From the NCBI GenBank assembly GCA_000004985.1, contig GG738938.1: DNA of 56,452 nt. One strand, given 5' to 3'. How positions within the stretch are numbered: position 1 is the stretch's first letter; the number at the start of each line of letters is the position of its first letter. The notes under the pieces are model-generated. The model was not told where the DNA came from. It did not search any database and worked only from the letters and a program-made list of their open reading frames with translations. Shown one piece after another: positions 12,201 through 24,200 of this stretch. The DNA comes from Naegleria gruberi (taxonomy: Eukaryota). A program made the translations under genes and the position numbers.

Positions 12201-15200
12201 NNNNNNNNNNNNNNNNNNNNNNNNNNNNNNNNNNNNNNNNNNNNNNNNNNNNNNNNNNNNNNNNNNNNNNNNNNNNNNNNNNNNNNNNNNNNNNNNNNNN
12301 NNNNNNNNNNNNNNNNNNNNNNNNNNNNNNNNNNNNNNNNNNNNNNNNNNNNNNNNNNNNNNNNNNNNNNNNNNNNNNNNNNNNNNNNNNNNNNNNNNNN
12401 NNNNNNNNNNNNNNNNNNNNNNNNNNNNNNNNNNNNNNNNNNNNNNNNNNNNNNNNNNNNNNNNNNNNNNNNNNNNNNNNNNNNNNNNNNNNNNNNNNNN
12501 NNNNNNNNNNNNNNNNNNNNNNNNNNNNNNNNNNNNNNNNNNNNNNNNNNNNNNNNNNNNNNNNNNNNNNNNNNNNNNNNNNNNNNNNNNNNNNNNNNNN
12601 NNNNNNNNNNNNNNNNNNNNNNNNNNNNNNNNNNNNNNNNNNNNNNNNNNNNNNNNNNNNNNNNNNNNNNNNNNNNNNNNNNNNNNNNNNNNNNNNNNNN
12701 NNNNNNNNNNNNNNNNNNNNNNNNNNNNNNNNNNNNNNNNNNNNNNNNNNNNNNNNNNNNNNNNNNNNNNNNNNNNNNNNNNNNNNNNNNNNNNNNNNNN
12801 NNNNNNNNNNNNNNNNNNNNNNNNNNNNNNNNNNNNNNNNNNNNNNNNNNNNNNNNNNNNNNNNNNNNNNNNNNNNNNNNNNNNNNNNNNNNNNNNNNNN
12901 NNNNNNNNNNNNNNNNNNNNNNNNNNNNNNNNNNNNNNNNNNNNNNNNNNNNNNNNNNNNNNNNNNNNNNNNNNNNNNNNNNNNNNNNNNNNNNNNNNNN
13001 NNNNNNNNNNNNNNNNNNNNNNNNNNNNNNNNNNNNNNNNNNNNNNNNNNNNNNNNNNNNNNNNNNNNNNNNNNNNNNNNNNNNNNNNNNNNNNNNNNNN
13101 NNNNNNNNNNNNNNNNNNNNNNNNNNNNNNNNNNNNNNNNNNNNNNNNNNNNNNNNNNNNNNNNNNNNNNNNNNNNNNNNNNNNNNNNNNNNNNNNNNNN
13201 NNNNNNNNNNNNNNNNNNNNNNNNNNNNNNNNNNNNNNNNNNNNNNNNNNNNNNNNNNNNNNNNNNNNNNNNNNNNNNNNNNNNNNNNNNNNNNNNNNNN
13301 NNNNNNNNNNNNNNNNNNNNNNNNNNNNNNNNNNNNNNNNNNNNNNNNNNNNNNNNNNNNNNNNNNNNNNNNNNNNNNNNNNNNNNNNNNNNNNNNNNNN
13401 NNNNNNNNNNNNNNNNNNNNNNNNNNNNNNNNNNNNNNNNNNNNNNNNNNNNNNNNNNNNNNNNNNNNNNNNNNNNNNNNNNNNNNNNNNNNNNNNNNNN
13501 NNNNNNNNNNNNNNNNNNNNNNNNNNNNNNNNNNNNNNNNNNNNNNNNNNNNNNNNNNNNNNNNNNNNNNNNNNNNNNNNNNNNNNNNNNNNNNNNNNNN
13601 NNNNNNNNNNNNNNNNNNNNNNNNNNNNNNNNNNNNNNNNNNNNNNNNNNNNNNNNNNNNNNNNNNNNNNNNNNNNNNNNNNNNNNNNNNNNNNNNNNNN
13701 NNNNNNNNNNNNNNNNNNNNNNNNNNNNNNNNNNNNNNNNNNNNNNNNNNNNNNNNNNNNNNNNNNNNNNNNNNNNNNNNNNNNNNNNNNNNNNNNNNNN
13801 NNNNNNNNNNNNNNNNNNNNNNNNNNNNNNNNNNNNNNNNNNNNNNNNNNNNNNNNNNNNNNNNNNNNNNNNNNNNNNNNNNNNNNNNNNNNNNNNNNNN
13901 NNNNNNNNNNNNNNNNNNNNNNNNNNNNNNNNNNNNNNNNNNNNNNNNNNNNNNNNNNNNNNNNNNNNNNNNNNNNNNNNNNNNNNNNNNNNNNNNNNNN
14001 NNNNNNNNNNNNNNNNNNNNNNNNNNNNNNNNNNNNNNNNNNNNNNNNNNNNNNNNNNNNNNNNNNNNNNNNNNNNNNNNNNNNNNNNNNNNNNNNNNNN
14101 NNNNNNNNNNNNNNNNNNNNNNNNNNNNNNNNNNNNNNNNNNNNNNNNNNNNNNNNNNNNNNNNNNNNNNNNNNNNNNNNNNNNNNNNNNNNNNNNNNNN
14201 NNNNNNNNNNNNNNNNNNNNNNNNNNNNNNNNNNNNNNNNNNNNNNNNNNNNNNNNNNNNNNNNNNNNNNNNNNNNNNNNNNNNNNNNNNNNNNNNNNNN
14301 NNNNNNNNNNNNNNNNNNNNNNNNNNNNNNNNNNNNNNNNNNNNNNNNNNNNNNNNNNNNNNNNNNNNNNNNNNNNNNNNNNNNNNNNNNNNNNNNNNNN
14401 NNNNNNNNNNNNNNNNNNNNNNNNNNNNNNNNNNNNNNNNNNNNNNNNNNNNNNNNNNNNNNNNNNNNNNNNNNNNNNNNNNNNNNNNNNNNNNNNNNNN
14501 NNNNNNNNNNNNNNNNNNNNNNNNNNNNNNNNNNNNNNNNNNNNNNNNNNNNNNNNNNNNNNNNNNNNNNNNNNNNNNNNNNNNNNNNNNNNNNNNNNNN
14601 NNNNNNNNNNNNNNNNNNNNNNNNNNNNNNNNNNNNNNNNNNNNNNNNNNNNNNNNNNNNNNNNNNNNNNNNNNNNNNNNNNNNNNNNNNNNNNNNNNNN
14701 NNNNNNNNNNNNNNNNNNNNNNNNNNNNNNNNNNNNNNNNNNNNNNNNNNNNNNNNNNNNNNNNNNNNNNNNNNNNNNNNNNNNNNNNNNNNNNNNNNNN
14801 NNNNNNNNNNNNNNNNNNNNNNNNNNNNNNNNNNNNNNNNNNNNNNNNNNNNNNNNNNNNNNNNNNNNNNNNNNNNNNNNNNNNNNNNNNNNNNNNNNNN
14901 NNNNNNNNNNNNNNNNNNNNNNNNNNNNNNNNNNNNNNNNNNNNNNNNNNNNNNNNNNNNNNNNNNNNNNNNNNNNNNNNNNNNNNNNNNNNNNNNNNNN
15001 NNNNNNNNNNNNNNNNNNNNNNNNNNNNNNNNNNNNNNNNNNNNNNNNNNNNNNNNNNNNNNNNNNNNNNNNNNNNNNNNNNNNNNNNNNNNNNNNNNNN
15101 NNNNNNNNNNNNNNNNNNNNNNNNNNNNNNNNNNNNNNNNNNNNNNNNNNNNNNNNNNNNNNNNNNNNNNNNNNNNNNNNNNNNNNNNNNNNNNNNNNNN

Positions 15201-18200
15201 NNNNNNNNNNNNNNNNNNNNNNNNNNNNNNNNNNNNNNNNNNNNNNNNNNNNNNNNNNNNNNNNNNNNNNNNNNNNNNNNNNNNNNNNNNNNNNNNNNNN
15301 NNNNNNNNNNNNNNNNNNNNNNNNNNNNNNNNNNNNNNNNNNNNNNNNNNNNNNNNNNNNNNNNNNNNNNNNNNNNNNNNNNNNNNNNNNNNNNNNNNNN
15401 NNNNNNNNNNNNNNNNNNNNNNNNNNNNNNNNNNNNNNNNNNNNNNNNNNNNNNNNNNNNNNNNNNNNNNNNNNNNNNNNNNNNNNNNNNNNNNNNNNNN
15501 NNNNNNNNNNNNNNNNNNNNNNNNNNNNNNNNNNNNNNNNNNNNNNNNNNNNNNNNNNNNNNNNNNNNNNNNNNNNNNNNNNNNNNNNNNNNNNNNNNNN
15601 NNNNNNNNNNNNNNNNNNNNNNNNNNNNNNNNNNNNNNNNNNNNNNNNNNNNNNNNNNNNNNNNNNNNNNNNNNNNNNNNNNNNNNNNNNNNNNNNNNNN
15701 NNNNNNNNNNNNNNNNNNNNNNNNNNNNNNNNNNNNNNNNNNNNNNNNNNNNNNNNNNNNNNNNNNNNNNNNNNNNNNNNNNNNNNNNNNNNNNNNNNNN
15801 NNNNNNNNNNNNNNNNNNNNNNNNNNNNNNNNNNNNNNNNNNNNNNNNNNNNNNNNNNNNNNNNNNNNNNNNNNNNNNNNNNNNNNNNNNNNNNNNNNNN
15901 NNNNNNNNNNNNNNNNNNNNNNNNNNNNNNNNNNNNNNNNNNNNNNNNNNNNNNNNNNNNNNNNNNNNNNNNNNNNNNNNNNNNNNNNNNNNNNNNNNNN
16001 NNNNNNNNNNNNNNNNNNNNNNNNNNNNNNNNNNNNNNNNNNNNNNNNNNNNNNNNNNNNNNNNNNNNNNNNNNNNNNNNNNNNNNNNNNNNNNNNNNNN
16101 NNNNNNNNNNNNNNNNNNNNNNNNNNNNNNNNNNNNNNNNNNNNNNNNNNNNNNNNNNNNNNNNNNNNNNNNNNNNNNNNNNNNNNNNNNNNNNNNNNNN
16201 NNNNNNNNNNNNNNNNNNNNNNNNNNNNNNNNNNNNNNNNNNNNNNNNNNNNNNNNNNNNNNNNNNNNNNNNNNNNNNNNNNNNNNNNNNNNNNNNNNNN
16301 NNNNNNNNNNNNNNNNNNNNNNNNNNNNNNNNNNNNNNNNNNNNNNNNNNNNNNNNNNNNNNNNNNNNNNNNNNNNNNNNNNNNNNNNNNNNNNNNNNNN
16401 NNNNNNNNNNNNNNNNNNNNNNNNNNNNNNNNNNNNNNNNNNNNNNNNNNNNNNNNNNNNNNNNNNNNNNNNNNNNNNNNNNNNNNNNNNNNNNNNNNNN
16501 NNNNNNNNNNNNNNNNNNNNNNNNNNNNNNNNNNNNNNNNNNNNNNNNNNNNNNNNNNNNNNNNNNNNNNNNNNNNNNNNNNNNNNNNNNNNNNNNNNNN
16601 NNNNNNNNNNNNNNNNNNNNNNNNNNNNNNNNNNNNNNNNNNNNNNNNNNNNNNNNNNNNNNNNNNNNNNNNNNNNNNNNNNNNNNNNNNNNNNNNNNNN
16701 NNNNNNNNNNNNNNNNNNNNNNNNNNNNNNNNNNNNNNNNNNNNNNNNNNNNNNNNNNNNNNNNNNNNNNNNNNNNNNNNNNNNNNNNNNNNNNNNNNNN
16801 NNNNNNNNNNNNNNNNNNNNNNNNNNNNNNNNNNNNNNNNNNNNNNNNNNNNNNNNNNNNNNNNNNNNNNNNNNNNNNNNNNNNNNNNNNNNNNNNNNNN
16901 NNNNNNNNNNNNNNNNNNNNNNNNNNNNNNNNNNNNNNNNNNNNNNNNNNNNNNNNNNNNNNNNNNNNNNNNNNNNNNNNNNNNNNNNNNNNNNNNNNNN
17001 NNNNNNNNNNNNNNNNNNNNNNNNNNNNNNNNNNNNNNNNNNNNNNNNNNNNNNNNNNNNNNNNNNNNNNNNNNNNNNNNNNNNNNNNNNNNNNNNNNNN
17101 NNNNNNNNNNNNNNNNNNNNNNNNNNNNNNNNNNNNNNNNNNNNNNNNNNNNNNNNNNNNNNNNNNNNNNNNNNNNNNNNNNNNNNNNNNNNNNNNNNNN
17201 NNNNNNNNNNNNNNNNNNNNNNNNNNNNNNNNNNNNNNNNNNNNNNNNNNNNNNNNNNNNNNNNNNNNNNNNNNNNNNNNNNNNNNNNNNNNNNNNNNNN
17301 NNNNNNNNNNNNNNNNNNNNNNNNNNNNNNNNNNNNNNNNNNNNNNNNNNNNNNNNNNNNNNNNNNNNNNNNNNNNNNNNNNNNNNNNNNNNNNNNNNNN
17401 NNNNNNNNNNNNNNNNNNNNNNNNNNNNNNNNNNNNNNNNNNNNNNNNNNNNNNNNNNNNNNNNNNNNNNNNNNNNNNNNNNNNNNNNNNNNNNNNNNNN
17501 NNNNNNNNNNNNNNNNNNNNNNNNNNNNNNNNNNNNNNNNNNNNNNNNNNNNNNNNNNNNNNNNNNNNNNNNNNNNNNNNNNNNNNNNNNNNNNNNNNNN
17601 NNNNNNNNNNNNNNNNNNNNNNNNNNNNNNNNNNNNNNNNNNNNNNNNNNNNNNNNNNNNNNNNNNNNNNNNNNNNNNNNNNNNNNNNNNNNNNNNNNNN
17701 NNNNNNNNNNNNNNNNNNNNNNNNNNNNNNNNNNNNNNNNNNNNNNNNNNNNNNNNNNNNNNNNNNNNNNNNNNNNNNNNNNNNNNNNNNNNNNNNNNNN
17801 NNNNNNNNNNNNNNNNNNNNNNNNNNNNNNNNNNNNNNNNNNNNNNNNNNNNNNNNNNNNNNNNNNNNNNNNNNNNNNNNNNNNNNNNNNNNNNNNNNNN
17901 NNNNNNNNNNNNNNNNNNNNNNNNNNNNNNNNNNNNNNNNNNNNNNNNNNNNNNNNNNNNNNNNNNNNNNNNNNNNNNNNNNNNNNNNNNNNNNNNNNNN
18001 NNNNNNNNNNNNNNNNNNNNNNNNNNNNNNNNNNNNNNNNNNNNNNNNNNNNNNNNNNNNNNNNNNNNNNNNNNNNNNNNNNNNNNNNNNNNNNNNNNNN
18101 NNNNNNNNNNNNNNNNNNNNNNNNNNNNNNNNNNNNNNNNNNNNNNNNNNNNNNNNNNNNNNNNNNNNNNNNNNNNNNNNNNNNNNNNNNNNNNNNNNNN

Positions 18201-21200
18201 NNNNNNNNNNNNNNNNNNNNNNNNNNNNNNNNNNNNNNNNNNNNNNNNNNNNNNNNNNNNNNNNNNNNNNNNNNNNNNNNNNNNNNNNNNNNNNNNNNNN
18301 NNNNNNNNNNNNNNNNNNNNNNNNNNNNNNNNNNNNNNNNNNNNNNNNNNNNNNNNNNNNNNNNNNNNNNNNNNNNNNNNNNNNNNNNNNNNNNNNNNNN
18401 NNNNNNNNNNNNNNNNNNNNNNNNNNNNNNNNNNNNNNNNNNNNNNNNNNNNNNNNNNNNNNNNNNNNNNNNNNNNNNNNNNNNNNNNNNNNNNNNNNNN
18501 NNNNNNNNNNNNNNNNNNNNNNNNNNNNNNNNNNNNNNNNNNNNNNNNNNNNNNNNNNNNNNNNNNNNNNNNNNNNNNNNNNNNNNNNNNNNNNNNNNNN
18601 NNNNNNNNNNNNNNNNNNNNNNNNNNNNNNNNNNNNNNNNNNNNNNNNNNNNNNNNNNNNNNNNNNNNNNNNNNNNNNNNNNNNNNNNNNNNNNNNNNNN
18701 NNNNNNNNNNNNNNNNNNNNNNNNNNNNNNNNNNNNNNNNNNNNNNNNNNNNNNNNNNNNNNNNNNNNNNNNNNNNNNNNNNNNNNNNNNNNNNNNNNNN
18801 NNNNNNNNNNNNNNNNNNNNNNNNNNNNNNNNNNNNNNNNNNNNNNNNNNNNNNNNNNNNNNNNNNNNNNNNNNNNNNNNNNNNNNNNNNNNNNNNNNNN
18901 NNNNNNNNNNNNNNNNNNNNNNNNNNNNNNNNNNNNNNNNNNNNNNNNNNNNNNNNNNNNNNNNNNNNNNNNNNNNNNNNNNNNNNNNNNNNNNNNNNNN
19001 NNNNNNNNNNNNNNNNNNNNNNNNNNNNNNNNNNNNNNNNNNNNNNNNNNNNNNNNNNNNNNNNNNNNNNNNNNNNNNNNNNNNNNNNNNNNNNNNNNNN
19101 NNNNNNNNNNNNNNNNNNNNNNNNNNNNNNNNNNNNNNNNNNNNNNNNNNNNNNNNNNNNNNNNNNNNNNNNNNNNNNNNNNNNNNNNNNNNNNNNNNNN
19201 NNNNNNNNNNNNNNNNNNNNNNNNNNNNNNNNNNNNNNNNNNNNNNNNNNNNNNNNNNNNNNNNNNNNNNNNNNNNNNNNNNNNNNNNNNNNNNNNNNNN
19301 NNNNNNNNNNNNNNNNNNNNNNNNNNNNNNNNNNNNNNNNNNNNNNNNNNNNNNNNNNNNNNNNNNNNNNNNNNNNNNNNNNNNNNNNNNNNNNNNNNNN
19401 NNNNNNNNNNNNNNNNNNNNNNNNNNNNNNNNNNNNNNNNNNNNNNNNNNNNNNNNNNNNNNNNNNNNNNNNNNNNNNNNNNNNNNNNNNNNNNNNNNNN
19501 NNNNNNNNNNNNNNNNNNNNNNNNNNNNNNNNNNNNNNNNNNNNNNNNNNNNNNNNNNNNNNNNNNNNNNNNNNNNNNNNNNNNNNNNNNNNNNNNNNNN
19601 NNNNNNNNNNNNNNNNNNNNNNNNNNNNNNNNNNNNNNNNNNNNNNNNNNNNNNNNNNNNNNNNNNNNNNNNNNNNNNNNNNNNNNNNNNNNNNNNNNNN
19701 NNNNNNNNNNNNNNNNNNNNNNNNNNNNNNNNNNNNNNNNNNNNNNNNNNNNNNNNNNNNNNNNNNNNNNNNNNNNNNNNNNNNNNNNNNNNNNNNNNNN
19801 NNNNNNNNNNNNNNNNNNNNNNNNNNNNNNNNNNNNNNNNNNNNNNNNNNNNNNNNNNNNNNNNNNNNNNNNNNNNNNNNNNNNNNNNNNNNNNNNNNNN
19901 NNNNNNNNNNNNNNNNNNNNNNNNNNNNNNNNNNNNNNNNNNNNNNNNNNNNNNNNNNNNNNNNNNNNNNNNNNNNNNNNNNNNNNNNNNNNNNNNNNNN
20001 NNNNNNNNNNNNNNNNNNNNNNNNNNNNNNNNNNNNNNNNNNNNNNNNNNNNNNNNNNNNNNNNNNNNNNNNNNNNNNNNNNNNNNNNNNNNNNNNNNNN
20101 NNNNNNNNNNNNNNNNNNNNNNNNNNNNNNNNNNNNNNNNNNNNNNNNNNNNNNNNNNNNNNNNNNNNNNNNNNNNNNNNNNNNNNNNNNNNNNNNNNNN
20201 NNNNNNNNNNNNNNNNNNNNNNNNNNNNNNNNNNNNNNNNNNNNNNNNNNNNNNNNNNNNNNNNNNNNNNNNNNNNNNNNNNNNNNNNNNNNNNNNNNNN
20301 NNNNNNNNNNNNNNNNNNNNNNNNNNNNNNNNNNNNNNNNNNNNNNNNNNNNNNNNNNNNNNNNNNNNNNNNNNNNNNNNNNNNNNNNNNNNNNNNNNNN
20401 NNNNNNNNNNNNNNNNNNNNNNNNNNNNNNNNNNNNNNNNNNNNNNNNNNNNNNNNNNNNNNNNNNNNNNNNNNNNNNNNNNNNNNNNNNNNNNNNNNNN
20501 NNNNNNNNNNNNNNNNNNNNNNNNNNNNNNNNNNNNNNNNNNNNNNNNNNNNNNNNNNNNNNNNNNNNNNNNNNNNNNNNNNNNNNNNNNNNNNNNNNNN
20601 NNNNNNNNNNNNNNNNNNNNNNNNNNNNNNNNNNNNNNNNNNNNNNNNNNNNNNNNNNNNNNNNNNNNNNNNNNNNNNNNNNNNNNNNNNNNNNNNNNNN
20701 NNNNNNNNNNNNNNNNNNNNNNNNNNNNNNNNNNNNNNNNNNNNNNNNNNNNNNNNNNNNNNNNNNNNNNNNNNNNNNNNNNNNNNNNNNNNNNNNNNNN
20801 NNNNNNNNNNNNNNNNNNNNNNNNNNNNNNNNNNNNNNNNNNNNNNNNNNNNNNNNNNNNNNNNNNNNNNNNNNNNNNNNNNNNNNNNNNNNNNNNNNNN
20901 NNNNNNNNNNNNNNNNNNNNNNNNNNNNNNNNNNNNNNNNNNNNNNNNNNNNNNNNNNNNNNNNNNNNNNNNNNNNNNNNNNNNNNNNNNNNNNNNNNNN
21001 NNNNNNNNNNNNNNNNNNNNNNNNNNNNNNNNNNNNNNNNNNNNNNNNNNNNNNNNNNNNNNNNNNNNNNNNNNNNNNNNNNNNNNNNNNNNNNNNNNNN
21101 NNNNNNNNNNNNNNNNNNNNNNNNNNNNNNNNNNNNNNNNNNNNNNNNNNNNNNNNNNNNNNNNNNNNNNNNNNNNNNNNNNNNNNNNNNNNNNNNNNNN

Positions 21201-24200
21201 NNNNNNNNNNNNNNNNNNNNNNNNNNNNNNNNNNNNNNNNNNNNNNNNNNNNNNNNNNNNNNNNNNNNNNNNNNNNNNNNNNNNNNNNNNNNNNNNNNNN
21301 NNNNNNNNNNNNNNNNNNNNNNNNNNNNNNNNNNNNNNNNNNNNNNNNNNNNNNNNNNNNNNNNNNNNNNNNNNNNNNNNNNNNNNNNNNNNNNNNNNNN
21401 NNNNNNNNNNNNNNNNNNNNNNNNNNNNNNNNNNNNNNNNNNNNNNNNNNNNNNNNNNNNNNNNNNNNNNNNNNNNNNNNNNNNNNNNNNNNNNNNNNNN
21501 NNNNNNNNNNNNNNNNNNNNNNNNNNNNNNNNNNNNNNNNNNNNNNNNNNNNNNNNNNNNNNNNNNNNNNNNNNNNNNNNNNNNNNNNNNNNNNNNNNNN
21601 NNNNNNNNNNNNNNNNNNNNNNNNNNNNNNNNNNNNNNNNNNNNNNNNNNNNNNNNNNNNNNNNNNNNNNNNNNNNNNNNNNNNNNNNNNNNNNNNNNNN
21701 NNNNNNNNNNNNNNNNNNNNNNNNNNNNNNNNNNNNNNNNNNNNNNNNNNNNNNNNNNNNNNNNNNNNNNNNNNNNNNNNNNNNNNNNNNNNNNNNNNNN
21801 NNNNNNNNNNNNNNNNNNNNNNNNNNNNNNNNNNNNNNNNNNNNNNNNNNNNNNNNNNNNNNNNNNNNNNNNNNNNNNNNNNNNNNNNNNNNNNNNNNNN
21901 NNNNNNNNNNNNNNNNNNNNNNNNNNNNNNNNNNNNNNNNNNNNNNNNNNNNNNNNNNNNNNNNNNNNNNNNNNNNNNNNNNNNNNNNNNNNNNNNNNNN
22001 NNNNNNNNNNNNNNNNNNNNNNNNNNNNNNNNNNNNNNNNNNNNNNNNNNNNNNNNNNNNNNNNNNNNNNNNNNNNNNNNNNNNNNNNNNNNNNNNNNNN
22101 NNNNNNNNNNNNNNNNNNNNNNNNNNNNNNNNNNNNNNNNNNNNNNNNNNNNNNNNNNNNNNNNNNNNNNNNNNNNNNNNNNNNNNNNNNNNNNNNNNNN
22201 NNNNNNNNNNNNNNNNNNNNNNNNNNNNNNNNNNNNNNNNNNNNNNNNNNNNNNNNNNNNNNNNNNNNNNNNNNNNNNNNNNNNNNNNNNNNNNNNNNNN
22301 NNNNNNNNNNNNNNNNNNNNNNNNNNNNNNNNNNNNNNNNNNNNNNNNNNNNNNNNNNNNNNNNNNNNNNNNNNNNNNNNNNNNNNNNNNNNNNNNNNNN
22401 NNNNNNNNNNNNNNNNNNNNNNNNNNNNNNNNNNNNNNNNNNNNNNNNNNNNNNNNNNNNNNNNNNNNNNNNNNNNNNNNNNNNNNNNNNNNNNNNNNNN
22501 NNNNNNNNNNNNNNNNNNNNNNNNNNNNNNNNNNNNNNNNNNNNNNNNNNNNNNNNNNNNNNNNNNNNNNNNNNNNNNNNNNNNNNNNNNNNNNNNNNNN
22601 NNNNNNNNNNNNNNNNNNNNNNNNNNNNNNNNNNNNNNNNNNNNNNNNNNNNNNNNNNNNNNNNNNNNNNNNNNNNNNNNNNNNNNNNNNNNNNNNNNNN
22701 NNNNNNNNNNNNNNNNNNNNNNNNNNNNNNNNNNNNNNNNNNNNNNNNNNNNNNNNNNNNNNNNNNNNNNNNNNNNNNNNNNNNNNNNNNNNNNNNNNNN
22801 NNNNNNNNNNNNNNNNNNNNNNNNNNNNNNNNNNNNNNNNNNNNNNNNNNNNNNNNNNNNNNNNNNNNNNNNNNNNNNNNNNNNNNNNNNNNNNNNNNNN
22901 NNNNNNNNNNNNNNNNNNNNNNNNNNNNNNNNNNNNNNNNNNNNNNNNNNNNNNNNNNNNNNNNNNNNNNNNNNNNNNNNNNNNNNNNNNNNNNNNNNNN
23001 NNNNNNNNNNNNNNNNNNNNNNNNNNNNNNNNNNNNNNNNNNNNNNNNNNNNNNNNNNNNNNNNNNNNNNNNNNNNNNNNNNNNNNNNNNNNNNNNNNNN
23101 NNNNNNNNNNNNNNNNNNNNNNNNNNNNNNNNNNNNNNNNNNNNNNNNNNNNNNNNNNNNNNNNNNNNNNNNNNNNNNNNNNNNNNNNNNNNNNNNNNNN
23201 NNNNNNNNNNNNNNNNNNNNNNNNNNNNNNNNNNNNNNNNNNNNNNNNNNNNNNNNNNNNNNNNNNNNNNNNNNNNNNNNNNNNNNNNNNNNNNNNNNNN
23301 NNNNNNNNNNNNNNNNNNNNNNNNNNNNNNNNNNNNNNNNNNNNNNNNNNNNNNNNNNNNNNNNNNNNNNNNNNNNNNNNNNNNNNNNNNNNNNNNNNNN
23401 NNNNNNNNNNNNNNNNNNNNNNNNNNNNNNNNNNNNNNNNNNNNNNNNNNNNNNNNNNNNNNNNNNNNNNNNNNNNNNNNNNNNNNNNNNNNNNNNNNNN
23501 NNNNNNNNNNNNNNNNNNNNNNNNNNNNNNNNNNNNNNNNNNNNNNNNNNNNNNNNNNNNNNNNNNNNNNNNNNNNNNNNNNNNNNNNNNNNNNNNNNNN
23601 NNNNNNNNNNNNNNNNNNNNNNNNNNNNNNNNNNNNNNNNNNNNNNNNNNNNNNNNNNNNNNNNNNNNNNNNNNNNNNNNNNNNNNNNNNNNNNNNNNNN
23701 NNNNNNNNNNNNNNNNNNNNNNNNNNNNNNNNNNNNNNNNNNNNNNNNNNNNNNNNNNNNNNNNNNNNNNNNNNNNNNNNNNNNNNNNNNNNNNNNNNNN
23801 NNNNNNNNNNNNNNNNNNNNNNNNNNNNNNNNNNNNNNNNNNNNNNNNNNNNNNNNNNNNNNNNNNNNNNNNNNNNNNNNNNNNNNNNNNNNNNNNNNNN
23901 NNNNNNNNNNNNNNNNNNNNNNNNNNNNNNNNNNNNNNNNNNNNNNNNNNNNNNNNNNNNNNNNNNNNNNNNNNNNNNNNNNNNNNNNNNNNNNNNNNNN
24001 NNNNNNNNNNNNNNNNNNNNNNNNNNNNNNNNNNNNNNNNNNNNNNNNNNNNNNNNNNNNNNNNNNNNNNNNNNNNNNNNNNNNNNNNNNNNNNNNNNNN
24101 NNNNNNNNNNNNNNNNNNNNNNNNNNNNNNNNNNNNNNNNNNNNNNNNNNNNNNNNNNNNNNNNNNNNNNNNNNNNNNNNNNNNNNNNNNNNNNNNNNNN